Shown here piece by piece: positions 51,211 to 60,814 of a stretch of DNA of 64,000 nt (positions within the stretch are counted from its first letter, which is position 1; every line of letters begins with the position of its first letter). A program made the position numbers and the translations under genes. The DNA comes from a virus: IMG/VR virus record IMGVR_UViG_3300025759_000058, one strand, 5' to 3'. Under the pieces are notes generated by a model, which saw only the letters and a list, made by a program, of their open reading frames with translations, was not told where the DNA came from and ran no database searches.

Positions 51211-51242
51211 CTAGGATTTGAAAAGTATTTACCTTATCTTTA
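51211..51242 (+). promoter_or_regulatory. class I promoter
   Basis: CTAG-N20-TATCTTTA. Confidence 0.7.
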
Positions 51243-51252
51243 TGTGTAAGTT

Positions 51253-51588
51253 ATGACTAAATATAAAAATCGATATGGAGATATTTTCACATTCGAAGTA
51301 AATGAACGTGGAAATATTGATTGGAAAGGTAACTTTGAGTATTGCCGTTTCAGTTATGTTGATAACCTAGAAGATTTAATTATGATAGACCCAAGTGGTG
51401 GACCTTATATCGAAATTGGAGCTGATATGAGTCTGTTTGGTTTAGAAGGAAAAGTTGCAGGCTTCATCCCACAAGAATATGGTTATGAACTTGTAATTGA
51501 ACCTTGTGAGGTGTGTGATGGTAAAACATACCACAAATTGACTTGCCAAAATAACCCAAACAAACAACCTAAAGTTCAAATACAATGA
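51253..51588 (+). CDS. hypothetical phage protein
   Basis: NRYGD...DPSGGPYI. Confidence 0.7.
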   Translation: MTKYKNRYGDIFTFEVNERGNIDWKGNFEYCRFSYVDNLEDLIMIDPSGGPYIEIGADMSLFGLEGKVAGFIPQEYGYELVIEPCEVCDGKTYHKLTCQNNPNKQPKVQIQ

Positions 51589-51728
51589 CTGAAAAAGAAA
51601 TACTTAACAAGATCTTTGAGTTTGAAACCTATTGCACAGCAAGATTTGATTCTGAACATCGGGTTGCTATAGCAGTCTATGATTACGTTAAACAAATGAA
51701 ACGTGAGTTTAACTCCAAAGAGGAATGA
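51585..51728 (+). CDS. small hypothetical protein (47 aa; not in the ORF track)
   Basis: ATGA overlaps at both ends. Confidence 0.6.
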   Translation: MTEKEILNKIFEFETYCTARFDSEHRVAIAVYDYVKQMKREFNSKEE

Positions 51729-51949
51729 ACGAAGTAGAAATCTTTATTAATCGACTCAAAAAAATAGGTATTGAACTTGAACTAATGGGTAATGTACCTT
51801 GGATTTATTTATCTAAAGTAAACGGTAATAGAATACAGCCTGAGGATTATAATGCTAATCATGGTTTTACTATAGCATGGAATAGGGATAAGATTGAATT
51901 GGATTCTGATACCAGGCGAACATTTCAAGTAATTAGAAAGTACAAATGA
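51725..51949 (+). CDS. hypothetical protein
   Basis: 74 aa, translationally coupled. Confidence 0.65.
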   Translation: MNEVEIFINRLKKIGIELELMGNVPWIYLSKVNGNRIQPEDYNANHGFTIAWNRDKIELDSDTRRTFQVIRKYK

Positions 51950-52173
51950 AAGTAACAATTGAATTTAACCTTCCTGAACAACAAGAGAAGTATGAGGATT
52001 TCATGAACGGAGAAAAATGGAAATATGTCGTCAGAGAGTTTGACGAGTATATGAGAGGGATGCTTAAATGGAACACAGAGAACTTAGACGAATCTCAACT
52101 ACTTACAGTGAGGCAAATCAGAAGTATGCTGCTCAATTATATAGAACAAGAAACCTTAAGATTACATGAATAA
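51946..52173 (+). CDS. hypothetical protein
   Basis: 75 aa beginning MKVTIEFNLPE. Confidence 0.65.
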   Translation: MKVTIEFNLPEQQEKYEDFMNGEKWKYVVREFDEYMRGMLKWNTENLDESQLLTVRQIRSMLLNYIEQETLRLHE

Positions 52174-52228
52174 AACTAAAGGATAAATCTAAAAATTTCT
52201 TAAAAATGAAAAAAAAGTTATCATAGCA

Positions 52229-52261
52229 CTAGGATTCATAAGGTGAATATCCTTATCTTTA
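52229..52261 (+). promoter_or_regulatory. class I promoter
   Basis: CTAG-N21-TATCTTTA with an upstream A-tract. Confidence 0.7.
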
Positions 52262-52338
52262 GATAATTGGAAAGAAATGGTTGCGGAGCAAGTAATGGGT
52301 GTAGCATAATAAAAAGAATAAATAAAGATATAAGTATC

Positions 52339-52557
52339 ATGAGTATATTGTATAAAGGTTTAGGAGTGTTCTTCGGTAGTTTGGGTCTAGTTATATTGAT
52401 TGCATTGATTGCAGCGTTACCGACGTACCTGCTATGGAACGCATGCCTAGTACCAGCAATCGAAGGCATTAATGAGATCGGATTTGGTCAGGCAGTAGGG
52501 ATTAATATCTTATCTAGTATTTTGTTTAAATCGAGTCATAACGACAACAACAAGTAA
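52339..52557 (+). CDS. small membrane protein
   Basis: Hydrophobic; LWN..P...EIGF.QA.G...L..ILFK. Confidence 0.65.
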   Translation: MSILYKGLGVFFGSLGLVILIALIAALPTYLLWNACLVPAIEGINEIGFGQAVGINILSSILFKSSHNDNNK

Positions 52558-52558
52558 A

Positions 52559-52915
52559 ATGGATAAAAATTTTACAGCGGTAAGGAACGGTGGAATCCAA
52601 ATGAACATTAACGGTTTCCGGATCAGTATTCAATTTGGGCCAGGTAATTACGTTTCGGATCCATCCATACGGTTCAACGGCAAATGGGACGCTTCATTGC
52701 ATGCAGAAAATGGTATATGGCAAAGTGATGATGCCGAAGTGATGATCTGGGGTAGAGACGACCAACCTCTTTTTAAATTGGATGACGGTATTATCGATGA
52801 TCAAGTAATGGGATGGTGTACATCTGATTGTGTAGCTAGAATGATCGGATGTCTAGCTAGTTGTGGAGATGAAGATCCACGGAGAGCGATTGCGCAAATT
52901 TGGAAGGCACAATAA
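52559..52915 (+). CDS. hypothetical phage protein
   Basis: NGFRISIQFGPGNY...AEV...VMGW. Confidence 0.7.
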   Translation: MDKNFTAVRNGGIQMNINGFRISIQFGPGNYVSDPSIRFNGKWDASLHAENGIWQSDDAEVMIWGRDDQPLFKLDDGIIDDQVMGWCTSDCVARMIGCLASCGDEDPRRAIAQIWKAQ

Positions 52916-52917
52916 TC

Positions 52918-53193
52918 ATGAGTGGATTTATATTAGGCATAGTAGTAAGTATATTTCTAACATTGGTTAATGTTGCATTCATATGGTATTCAAAGCGTAT
53001 TAGTGGACCTTCGGCCTTTGCATTAATGCAAGCAGGAATGCTAGTTAAATTTATGCTAGGTGTTATCATGACATTCTGTATTATCAAGTTAACGGATGAT
53101 ATTAACCTTTGGGCATATGCATTAGTGTTAGGTATATTTGTATGTATATCATTCCCAGTTTCAGCTTACATAATGACACGTAATGGACAATAA
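52918..53193 (+). CDS. 3-TM membrane protein
   Basis: Three hydrophobic helices. Confidence 0.65.
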   Translation: MSGFILGIVVSIFLTLVNVAFIWYSKRISGPSAFALMQAGMLVKFMLGVIMTFCIIKLTDDINLWAYALVLGIFVCISFPVSAYIMTRNGQ

Positions 53194-53620
53194 AAAGAAA
53201 CAGAAATATTATACAGGGCCATGGCAGGTGCATCCGAGTAAGGTGTATATGTATAGTGAGGTCAGCGCCAGTGAGGATAAGACATGTGAGGAGAGCTCGT
53301 CCTCCCTAGGGTCGACTCGCGAGGCCTCCGGCCCAGTATGGACAGAAGGGCAGTTCATGGAAGTATTAAACATGTGCGAGCATACAGATCGATATCGAAA
53401 GCATGACAAGTGGATGGTGCATGTATTTCGTACGGGTAGGCGATATGCAGTTGCATTGAATCGTATTGAATACAATCGTGTAGAAATGCTTTGGAAGCGC
53501 CAAGGAGACGATCGGGAACATGTGACTTGCATTCAACCCAATTGCATGATAGATTCACCAGAAGCCCAATCCATCCTACGGCAAATGTATGATGACATAA
53601 AGAAGAAGCAATGGAAATAA
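53183..53620 (+). CDS. hypothetical protein
   Basis: 145 aa ORF. Confidence 0.55.
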   Translation: MDNKKKQKYYTGPWQVHPSKVYMYSEVSASEDKTCEESSSSLGSTREASGPVWTEGQFMEVLNMCEHTDRYRKHDKWMVHVFRTGRRYAVALNRIEYNRVEMLWKRQGDDREHVTCIQPNCMIDSPEAQSILRQMYDDIKKKQWK

Positions 53621-53736
53621 TGGATCAAGGAAAGCGAAGAAACCAAATAGCAGATTCAGAAAGAATGCTATATGCAGCGTATGCAATAGTAGCAATAATA
53701 ACAATAGCAGTATTGATAGTATCAATATGGTATTGA
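53620..53736 (+). CDS. 38 aa single-TM peptide (not in the ORF track)
   Basis: TAATG coupling; MDQGKRRNQ followed by a hydrophobic helix. Confidence 0.5.
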   Translation: MDQGKRRNQIADSERMLYAAYAIVAIITIAVLIVSIWY

Positions 53737-54017
53737 ATGCAATCCAGAACGCTACGCTAACCTGGAATCCATGGGGAAATGATTCAATCTAACCGTACAT
53801 AGAGTTCGTTTAAAGAACTAGCAAAGTACCATATGATTCGTACCATATATCCTAGTAGCCTTGTTATTTGAACCATTAAATCAATTGATAAGAGATAAGT
53901 AGTAAAGGGTTATGCATATGTGTCTAGTGTATCATGATATCAGTATAGAGTCTAGGAAGATTGGGGTAGTACCGTTACGTCTTTCTTTCGGAAAAAAAAA
54001 TTTTTTTGCAATAAAGA

Positions 54018-54091
54018 AATTAGGATATACGAAATGTTCATTCTGACAGGAAAAAAGCTATATAATAATTAGGATTTACGGAATGTTTATT
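54018..54091 (+). repeat. two imperfect 25-bp direct repeats
   Basis: AATTAGGATATACGAAATGTTCATT (54018-54042) and AATTAGGATTTACGGAATGTTTATT (54067-54091), with 3 mismatches. Confidence 0.75.
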
Positions 54092-54196
54092 TATTAAGAC
54101 TTTTTAATATAATCTTATAATCAAGGCGTACGGGTGGTTGCGATTATGCTGCGTATATTAATAGCGTAACTTTTCTGAAACTTTTCTGGTGATATA

Positions 54197-54228
54197 TTTG
54201 GATTCGGAGAGATTTGTCCTTATCTTTA
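54197..54228 (+). promoter_or_regulatory. class I promoter
   Basis: TTTG-N20-TATCTTTA. Confidence 0.75.
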
Positions 54229-54252
54229 AGTATGAATAAAAAGGTAAAGGAT

Positions 54253-54525
54253 ATGAATTATTCGGAATTAGCTCAGATGAGCCTCGAGGATTTGCGCAAG
54301 TTGAACCGCATGGTAGTTGATACCATTAAGCGTAAGCGTTCGGAAGTAGCGCATGTGACCAAGGAGCAATTGTATGTAGGTGCTAATGTATCCGTTAACC
54401 ATCCTAAGTTGCTCGGTAAGCAGTTGAGGGTTGAGAAGATCAATCGTGTTAAGTGCGTCCTTAAGGTCCTGAATGGAAAGGGTACTTATACGGTACCGAT
54501 GAGTATGATTACCATTAACCGATAA
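54253..54525 (+). CDS. small basic protein (N-terminal helix plus SH3-like barrel)
   Basis: VGANVSV...VEKINRVKCVL...YTVPMSMI; start at 54232 or 54253. Confidence 0.7.
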   Translation: MNYSELAQMSLEDLRKLNRMVVDTIKRKRSEVAHVTKEQLYVGANVSVNHPKLLGKQLRVEKINRVKCVLKVLNGKGTYTVPMSMITINR

Positions 54526-54539
54526 TAAATATAAAGATC

Positions 54540-54749
54540 ATGTATACCTTAACTATTAGTACTTTGTTTTGGAGCATTGGATGTGCGTTCATGTTGCTAG
54601 CATATATGTTTGCTATCGATGTCCGTAGGCATTATAAGAGCTTTAAACATGTACGAGATAATTCAGATGAGTTCATGCTCGAATATTCGGATTGCCCGGA
54701 TCTTGCTTCGACCGTAGCATTATTCCTAATTAGAAAAAAAAGCTCCTAA
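54540..54749 (+). CDS. small membrane protein
   Basis: N-terminal TM helix. Confidence 0.55.
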   Translation: MYTLTISTLFWSIGCAFMLLAYMFAIDVRRHYKSFKHVRDNSDEFMLEYSDCPDLASTVALFLIRKKSS

Positions 54750-54753
54750 AGCA

Positions 54754-54785
54754 TTAGGATCCCGTTAGAATAAACCTTATCTTTA
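54754..54785 (+). promoter_or_regulatory. class I promoter (last copy in the window)
   Basis: TTAG-N20-TATCTTTA. Confidence 0.75.
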
Positions 54786-54806
54786 GATATGGATAAAAAG
54801 GTAACA

Positions 54807-54962
54807 ATGTATGAAGCGATCGCCAATGCTATATACAACGGCGAGTTCGATCGCGTAATTGAATTGCTGGAACGGTACGATAGCTGTTACGGAAAGATGA
54901 ATATAGAAGAAGCAGCGCAAGTAGCAAGAATACATAATGCAATAGTAGAAGCAGCATCATAA
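54807..54962 (+). CDS. small hypothetical protein (not in the ORF track)
   Basis: MYEAIANAIYNGEF...; has its own promoter. Confidence 0.55.
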   Translation: MYEAIANAIYNGEFDRVIELLERYDSCYGKMNIEEAAQVARIHNAIVEAAS

Positions 54963-55236
54963 TATATAAGAGCGCTATATATATAGAGATACCATACCGA
55001 ACCAGGGTGGATCAGGGGCATACCTAGCAATACCTGGGGCAAGCACCCCTATATACCCCAAAAGCAGCCCAAAACCGCCCTATATAGGGGAGTATACCGG
55101 TTAACCTTAACATACCAGGTGCTACCGGTGCTCTGGGTGGCCTTAATCTAATTTCTCTTGTGAACAACGCTTTTTGCCTATAGCCCCTGGTCTGTATAGT
55201 TAGAGGCTATGCCTCCATGCCCCTAGGCATGCTCGA
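54963..55236. other. non-coding junction, candidate origin or genome terminus
   Basis: Repeated ATACC units, palindrome CCCTATATAGGG (55078-55089), and a switch from purine-rich to C-rich top strand. Confidence 0.4.
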
Positions 55237-55256
55237 GCATATTTATATTTAGTTAA
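55237..55256 (+). promoter_or_regulatory. 20-bp repeated element containing the class II motif
   Basis: GCATATTTATATTTAGTTAA is identical at 55237-55256 and 55600-55619, each 16 nt before an ATG. Confidence 0.65.
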
Positions 55257-55272
55257 CAAAAGGACATTACAT

Positions 55273-55563
55273 ATGCGTATACTTGCAATAGTTTTCATGA
55301 TCATCGGTACGGGTTGTGCTTCAACCCATAATATGCAATGCGATGAATTGTACGGGGATTACAATTGCCCCAACCATAGGAGTGTTTCATACTGGTATTC
55401 CCCATCCCCTTATAGTTCATATTACCCCAATACCCAGACCGTTCATTATGTACCCGTGTATATACCTAACAAGCCCATATGCCCCGAGCCTACACCAGAA
55501 CCAGTCAGGGTGGGGCCTAGGCCACAAGGTACTATTACACATCATCGATCAAAGCGTGATTAG
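55273..55563 (+). CDS. putative Pro/Tyr-rich lipoprotein
   Basis: MRILAIVFMIIGTGC lipobox-like signal. Confidence 0.6.
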   Translation: MRILAIVFMIIGTGCASTHNMQCDELYGDYNCPNHRSVSYWYSPSPYSSYYPNTQTVHYVPVYIPNKPICPEPTPEPVRVGPRPQGTITHHRSKRD

Positions 55564-55599
55564 TATAATTGCAATTACAAGCATTTATACCAATACAAT

Positions 55600-55619
55600 G
55601 CATATTTATATTTAGTTAA
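55600..55619 (+). promoter_or_regulatory. 20-bp repeated element containing the class II motif (copy 2)
   Basis: Identical to 55237-55256. Confidence 0.65.
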
Positions 55620-55635
55620 TTCAAAAAGGAAACTC

Positions 55636-55869
55636 ATGAACAAATCACAATTGCGCGCTATTATAAGAGAAGAGATTGCCATGATTAAAAATCTCAATGA
55701 GCGCGAAGTATATCGATCTGCCGAATTTGAAGAAATTGATGGCGCTATAGAAACACTCATGGATAACATGAATATTGCATATACCGATAAAAATATAGTG
55801 CGTAAATTTGAAAATATGCTCAAGCAGATATCCGATTATAATACGCAAGTAGGCACCCAAATCCAATAA
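55636..55869 (+). CDS. small protein with a QLRAIIREEI...LNE leader
   Basis: Amphipathic leader ending in L-N-E; a related RLRKIILEEY..ITE segment occurs inside 58293-59741. Confidence 0.7.
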   Translation: MNKSQLRAIIREEIAMIKNLNEREVYRSAEFEEIDGAIETLMDNMNIAYTDKNIVRKFENMLKQISDYNTQVGTQIQ

Positions 55870-56035
55870 CATGAAGCATTCCGAATTACGAGCAATGGAC
55901 GCACTCAATGGCAAACGGATTGCCGGCCGTGCATTTAAGTATTCGGATACCACACAATTGTATCGGATTACTAAGCCGAAGCCACACGATGGGGGCATGG
56001 CTAGCTGATAAAGGCTTTAAAGTACAACTCGAATC

Positions 56036-56686
56036 ATGATAAAACTTAAAGATTTCATACCGGAAGATTTTAAAGATGCGGCGTTCCATGGTAATGGAAT
56101 GACACCGCAGGAAATGAGAACGAATACATGCTCCGTAACATGGGAAAATCCAGAACAAGATACTGGATGCCCTCAGTTTTCATTTAAAGGCGGTAAGATA
56201 TCTAAAGAGAATCAACAACTGGCAATGCAGTATCTTAATTCAGAACATATTAAAGTATTAATAGCATTTTCTTCCGGAGGCCCTTTATTAATGCAATCTT
56301 TAACCGCTGGAGCAAAAAGGCCAGATCAAATTAATTTTGTTGCACCTGCATGGAAAAAACATTGGGTATCGGCGCCTATTAATCCTAAGGATTGTGCAGG
56401 TAAAGGTTTTATCGTGCAAGGTGTAGATGATGTTGCCGTACCAATTGCACATTCCATAGAGTTGTCAATACAGAGCGGATTACCTTTATATCTATTTCCA
56501 GACCGCGGTCATATCAATATTTTAAAACATAAGTTATCAACTGCAGGAGGAACGCCAATATCAAGAAATGAGTTAAAAACTGCGTTAAAATATTTACCAG
56601 ACTGGGGATCGGAGAGGGATGGTAATTCTAATGAAATCAAACAGCAACAAGAATGGTTTAATACTTTTATTGGCAAAGCTTCGTAA
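56036..56686 (+). CDS. alpha/beta hydrolase with MIKLKDFIPE leader
   Basis: Nucleophile elbow AFSSGG, QGVDDVAVP (Asp), RGH (His). Confidence 0.72.
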   Translation: MIKLKDFIPEDFKDAAFHGNGMTPQEMRTNTCSVTWENPEQDTGCPQFSFKGGKISKENQQLAMQYLNSEHIKVLIAFSSGGPLLMQSLTAGAKRPDQINFVAPAWKKHWVSAPINPKDCAGKGFIVQGVDDVAVPIAHSIELSIQSGLPLYLFPDRGHINILKHKLSTAGGTPISRNELKTALKYLPDWGSERDGNSNEIKQQQEWFNTFIGKAS

Positions 56687-56702
56687 TTCTTAGCAGTAGC
56701 AG

Positions 56703-57473
56703 ATGATTAAATTACGTGACATATTACAAGAATTAGATTACGGTAAAAAACTATTTGCTCATGACCCGGACGATCAAATCGCCGATTATCCGTTTGATTG
56801 GGATAAATTTATTGAAAAGTTATATTCACCGGACTTCGAAGCTAATACATGGGCCGAAGATGCTATGCTTAAAGCATTGCAAGCTTATACTTCCGGTAAA
56901 CAAGGCCGTACCGATACATTAGCCAACATGTTGCGTAAATTGTTACCTCTCAAATCCAAATTCCCACGTATATTAGATCCGATGGGTAACACTACAAAAC
57001 CGCCATCCTGGAAGATGGATTTAGATTGGGCTGCTGATTATCCTGATCATGCATGGCGAGGCACTCGTGTGACCCCTGCGTGGGCACATGGTCAATTGGC
57101 CAATCCATCGGTATACCGCACCATTGCAATATCTCAAGCATGGTCCACACTCGATGGACCTGCGGACAACCTAAAAGCATACATCATCGATGATGGATCT
57201 GTAACCTATCGATCTAAGGGTGAGGCTATGATATCATTTTCCGAATCCCCACGTACTGCACTTAATTTTGCTAAAAAAGCGAGTGGTAATACTTTGCCTG
57301 TTATATTAGGCGTATCTAAACGGCATCCGGAATTGATCATGAATATAGATTCCATGGAGGCCTTATCAGAATATAATGAAGCCGAAATGTTTCTTTTGAA
57401 CAGTACCTTTAACCCCGATGTTATTGTATTTTTAGATCCATGGAGTCCAGACTATATAGCATCCTTAGTATGA
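56703..57473 (+). CDS. putative R-S-E ADP-ribosyltransferase paralog 1 (MIKLRDILQE leader)
   Basis: AWRG, ISFS...ALNFA, NEAE. Confidence 0.65.
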   Translation: MIKLRDILQELDYGKKLFAHDPDDQIADYPFDWDKFIEKLYSPDFEANTWAEDAMLKALQAYTSGKQGRTDTLANMLRKLLPLKSKFPRILDPMGNTTKPPSWKMDLDWAADYPDHAWRGTRVTPAWAHGQLANPSVYRTIAISQAWSTLDGPADNLKAYIIDDGSVTYRSKGEAMISFSESPRTALNFAKKASGNTLPVILGVSKRHPELIMNIDSMEALSEYNEAEMFLLNSTFNPDVIVFLDPWSPDYIASLV

Positions 57474-57527
57474 CTTACTTTACATAAGTACTTGATATTT
57501 ATTAATAGATACAAGGAATAATTGTTT

Positions 57528-58283
57528 ATGATACGACTTACCCAATTACTACAAGAAATAGATGCCCCGATAGCTGGTATTGCTAATTTAGTAGCATTAA
57601 ATGCCACAGGGTCTGGCTCAGATACCGAATCGGTCGAAGATTTATCATTTAAATTTAGGTCTAAGAAAGGCCGGAAGACGAAGGGTGTATTAATTCATGA
57701 CATCATTACTATAGATGTATTTAATTCTCCTGGCAAAGAAAATATACAATTATTACCATACCATTTAATCTTTGGAGAATCGAGTATGGCAATTTTTGAT
57801 GCGTTCGGTGCAAATGAGGTCGCCGGACTTAAACGAAGTGATTGTCAAGCACATTTAGATAAATTAGCTGCAGAAGGAAAGACGGAAGCCGATGATGCAT
57901 TTATAGCCGGACTTGTTAACTTTGCAGGAGAGAAAATATTTCAGTTTATCAATGTAACAAGAGCATCGATTCCAGGATTCATTAATCGTATTTTACCACA
58001 TGAATCGTTACATATGACTCGATATTTAATTACATTGGAAGGTAATGAATGGATGAGGAATAATCTTAGTACACCAAATTGGTGGGAAGATGATCGTGCA
58101 GTAATGATTGACCTTACTAATGATAATGAAGAATATTTTGCCGAAGTACTTGAACGTATTAATGCAGTTGCTTATGATCGTTGGGCAAAGGCAAAAGGAT
58201 TAATACAAAAGCCTGTAGTTACATCCTTGAAGCCACTTAGCCCGGATGAGTATAAAACACAAAATATTAAGATTAAAAAATAG
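57528..58283 (+). CDS. HExxH metallopeptidase-like protein with MIRLTQLLQE leader
   Basis: LPHESLH followed by NEEYFAE. Confidence 0.62.
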   Translation: MIRLTQLLQEIDAPIAGIANLVALNATGSGSDTESVEDLSFKFRSKKGRKTKGVLIHDIITIDVFNSPGKENIQLLPYHLIFGESSMAIFDAFGANEVAGLKRSDCQAHLDKLAAEGKTEADDAFIAGLVNFAGEKIFQFINVTRASIPGFINRILPHESLHMTRYLITLEGNEWMRNNLSTPNWWEDDRAVMIDLTNDNEEYFAEVLERINAVAYDRWAKAKGLIQKPVVTSLKPLSPDEYKTQNIKIKK

Positions 58284-58292
58284 GAATGATCG

Positions 58293-59741
58293 ATGAATGA
58301 TAAAAAACATGATTCAAAGATTAACGAATCGCCTGATATAAATGATCCAGTTTTAGTAGCATTCAGAGCTGCTAAGATGAACCGTGAAAAGGAATTGGCA
58401 AAACCAAAGCGTAAGCCACTTTATGGTAAGCAAAGACAAAGAGCTGAAGATGTCTTATGGAACATTAGTCGGGAGCTAAAAGAACTTTATGCTGAAAGAG
58501 GTCAAATATTAATTGACATGGAGCAGGAAGCCGAGATTGAAGGTGGTTCAATTGCCAATGAATATGGTGATCGATTAAATAAGATTGAAGATCGAATTCA
58601 AAAGTTACTCTCTAACAGAAAACAATTAGAAATGAAATTGGCAGAGTCTAAGGAGATTGACGAATCATGCGGTTGTGATCATTCAAATAAGCAAAATCTT
58701 AAAGAATTTGATTTAACTGATATTAGTGTATGGGAAGCCATTTTCGCCGGCGGCCTGTTTGAAGTAGGAAGAATGGCCGTTGATGTATTAGTGGCAATTG
58801 GATTTATTGCATTATCAGGTATTTCTTTATCAGCTGCGTTATTAATTAATAAAGTAAGACAAGTACGTAAAGATCGTAGAGCTATTAAAGGTGCAAAAGA
58901 AGCACAAGATTGGCTAGCGTCGACACCTGAGATGAAAGCCTTTAATAAGATTTTAGCAGATGTAGAACGTGCACGTACTAAGATGGCTAAAACAAAACGT
59001 CCGATTGACGGAGGAGATGATGCTGCATATAAAAACGCTACTGATGCATTTAAATCAATTTCAGATAAACGAAAGACCACGGGATTGTCATTATATAAGA
59101 AAGCAGTTAATGCTGGATTATCAAACGAAGCTTTAGAATATCTCGTAGATAATATCGAATATATGTCCGTAGCAAAAAGTATGTATGATCGCCGCACGAC
59201 AAATGAAGGCATCATGAGTGAGTTAGACTTGATGGCACAAGAAGCTAGCGATTTTAACGACTTCATTAATGATGTATTCAGTGATCCTGCGTATAGAAAA
59301 CATAAAGGTAATCAAGAAGTCATGGACTTTTTAGATATCTTTTATAAAGAGAGAAGAGGTGCAGTATCTGAACAGTCTAATATTTTAGTAAGTAGATTAC
59401 GTAAGATTATTTTAGAAGAATATATTAAGATTACTGAAGCTAAACGTATTAATAGGTCACAGACTAAAATTTATGAAAAAGGATTTAAGGAAGCTATTCC
59501 GTCTGTAAAATGGGTAAAATCGGCATTTCATCGCGGTGAACCGAAACTGTTTATAGATTATTCTAAATTTTCGGATAGAGCAAAATTACAACGTGTCGGA
59601 GAACAACTGGGGCTTACATATGTAGCCGATGGCCGTGTAACAAATAGACCAGGCTTAGATTACAATAGAGGTGATAGGATGACGGGAGGTAGCGGTACTT
59701 TAGGTATTGGCAATAATTGGATGGTATTTATAAAGGAATAA
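58293..59741 (+). CDS. multidomain virion-associated protein, possible polyprotein
   Basis: Coiled coil, hydrophobic hairpin, and many hydrophobic-x-E sites at apparent domain junctions. Confidence 0.65.
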   Translation: MNDKKHDSKINESPDINDPVLVAFRAAKMNREKELAKPKRKPLYGKQRQRAEDVLWNISRELKELYAERGQILIDMEQEAEIEGGSIANEYGDRLNKIEDRIQKLLSNRKQLEMKLAESKEIDESCGCDHSNKQNLKEFDLTDISVWEAIFAGGLFEVGRMAVDVLVAIGFIALSGISLSAALLINKVRQVRKDRRAIKGAKEAQDWLASTPEMKAFNKILADVERARTKMAKTKRPIDGGDDAAYKNATDAFKSISDKRKTTGLSLYKKAVNAGLSNEALEYLVDNIEYMSVAKSMYDRRTTNEGIMSELDLMAQEASDFNDFINDVFSDPAYRKHKGNQEVMDFLDIFYKERRGAVSEQSNILVSRLRKIILEEYIKITEAKRINRSQTKIYEKGFKEAIPSVKWVKSAFHRGEPKLFIDYSKFSDRAKLQRVGEQLGLTYVADGRVTNRPGLDYNRGDRMTGGSGTLGIGNNWMVFIKE

Positions 59742-59745
59742 AAAA

Positions 59746-60114
59746 ATGTCAAAGTTAAAAAAACTATTACCAAAACGCATTATTAAAGAATCGGTAGTGT
59801 CAGAGGCACCGTCCGCATACGAAAAGTTTGCACGTAATGCAATGAATTTGAAATCACTTATACCGGCAGTATTTAGAAAAAATGTCGAACCATGGGAAGC
59901 AGTTGAATATACCGATCGTCTTTCAAAGGATATAACAATACTGAATCATACCATGTTAAAAACATTGAAGGCTAAAGTTACTGCCGGTGAAATAGATGAT
60001 GCAACACGTAAGGAAATATCTAAATTAGTTACTGAAATTGATTTTGCATTGCTAGATGTCAATGATGCTCGTAAAGAATTAGAAAAATATTTAGATTCGT
60101 TTGGTATGGCATAA
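59746..60114 (+). CDS. hypothetical protein with MSKLKKLL...IKE leader
   Basis: Leader variant; helical protein. Confidence 0.7.
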   Translation: MSKLKKLLPKRIIKESVVSEAPSAYEKFARNAMNLKSLIPAVFRKNVEPWEAVEYTDRLSKDITILNHTMLKTLKAKVTAGEIDDATRKEISKLVTEIDFALLDVNDARKELEKYLDSFGMA

Positions 60115-60118
60115 GACT

Positions 60119-60736
60119 ATGTTACGATTAAAACAAGTATTACTTGAAGTGTTGAACGAAATGCCGTTAATTACGTTGCAAAATAAAACGGCATATGCAG
60201 ATGATAAGCCTCTTAAATCGATGGATTTGGAAACCATCGGTCCTAATGTAACTATATACCACGAAGAAAAGGGTAACTTTTTTATTGCAAAAAATAAAGT
60301 ATACTTATGGTTTACTTCCACTGAAAACTGGGTTGATAAAGTTAATGCCGGCGAATATGATCTTGTCATGTTTCCTATTAAGACATTATCTAATGCATTT
60401 ACATTAAGTCCAATTACTGATGTATGGCGGAAATCGAAAGCTAGAGGGAAGACAGAAGTTTTAGGTATGATAGAAGCATATTTAGATGACAAAGAGTTAA
60501 TTATTCAGATGATGAGTGTACGTAATCCTTATCGTAAAAATAGAATTAATTCGTTTATGCTAGATTCGCTCAAAGAAAAGTTTCCAACTCATGAGCTAGT
60601 ATTTGAAGATCCGACAAATGATGGATGGAACTTTATAGCTAGCTATGACCCCAATGCACGTGCAATAGATTCTTCCGGGGAAGAAGTACAGATGCCATCA
60701 AAAATTGCAGCAAAACACTTAAAAAAGGTAAAGTAA
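60119..60736 (+). CDS. GNAT-like acetyltransferase with MLRLKQVLLE leader
   Basis: Motif A-like MSVRNPYRKNRINSFML, and PTNDGWNF. Confidence 0.6.
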   Translation: MLRLKQVLLEVLNEMPLITLQNKTAYADDKPLKSMDLETIGPNVTIYHEEKGNFFIAKNKVYLWFTSTENWVDKVNAGEYDLVMFPIKTLSNAFTLSPITDVWRKSKARGKTEVLGMIEAYLDDKELIIQMMSVRNPYRKNRINSFMLDSLKEKFPTHELVFEDPTNDGWNFIASYDPNARAIDSSGEEVQMPSKIAAKHLKKVK

Positions 60737-60814
60737 TGTCACAGCTATATGAGTATACCGGTCCAGCAAAATATCGAATTGCTCGTATGAAAGGCAAATG
60801 GGGCAGCTAATAAT

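Noticed and set aside
60736-60810. 24 aa ORF MSQLYEYTGPAKYRIARMKGKWGS (and the 45 aa ORF at 55871-56008)
   Set aside because: Too short and featureless to support; they may be remnants or micro-genes.
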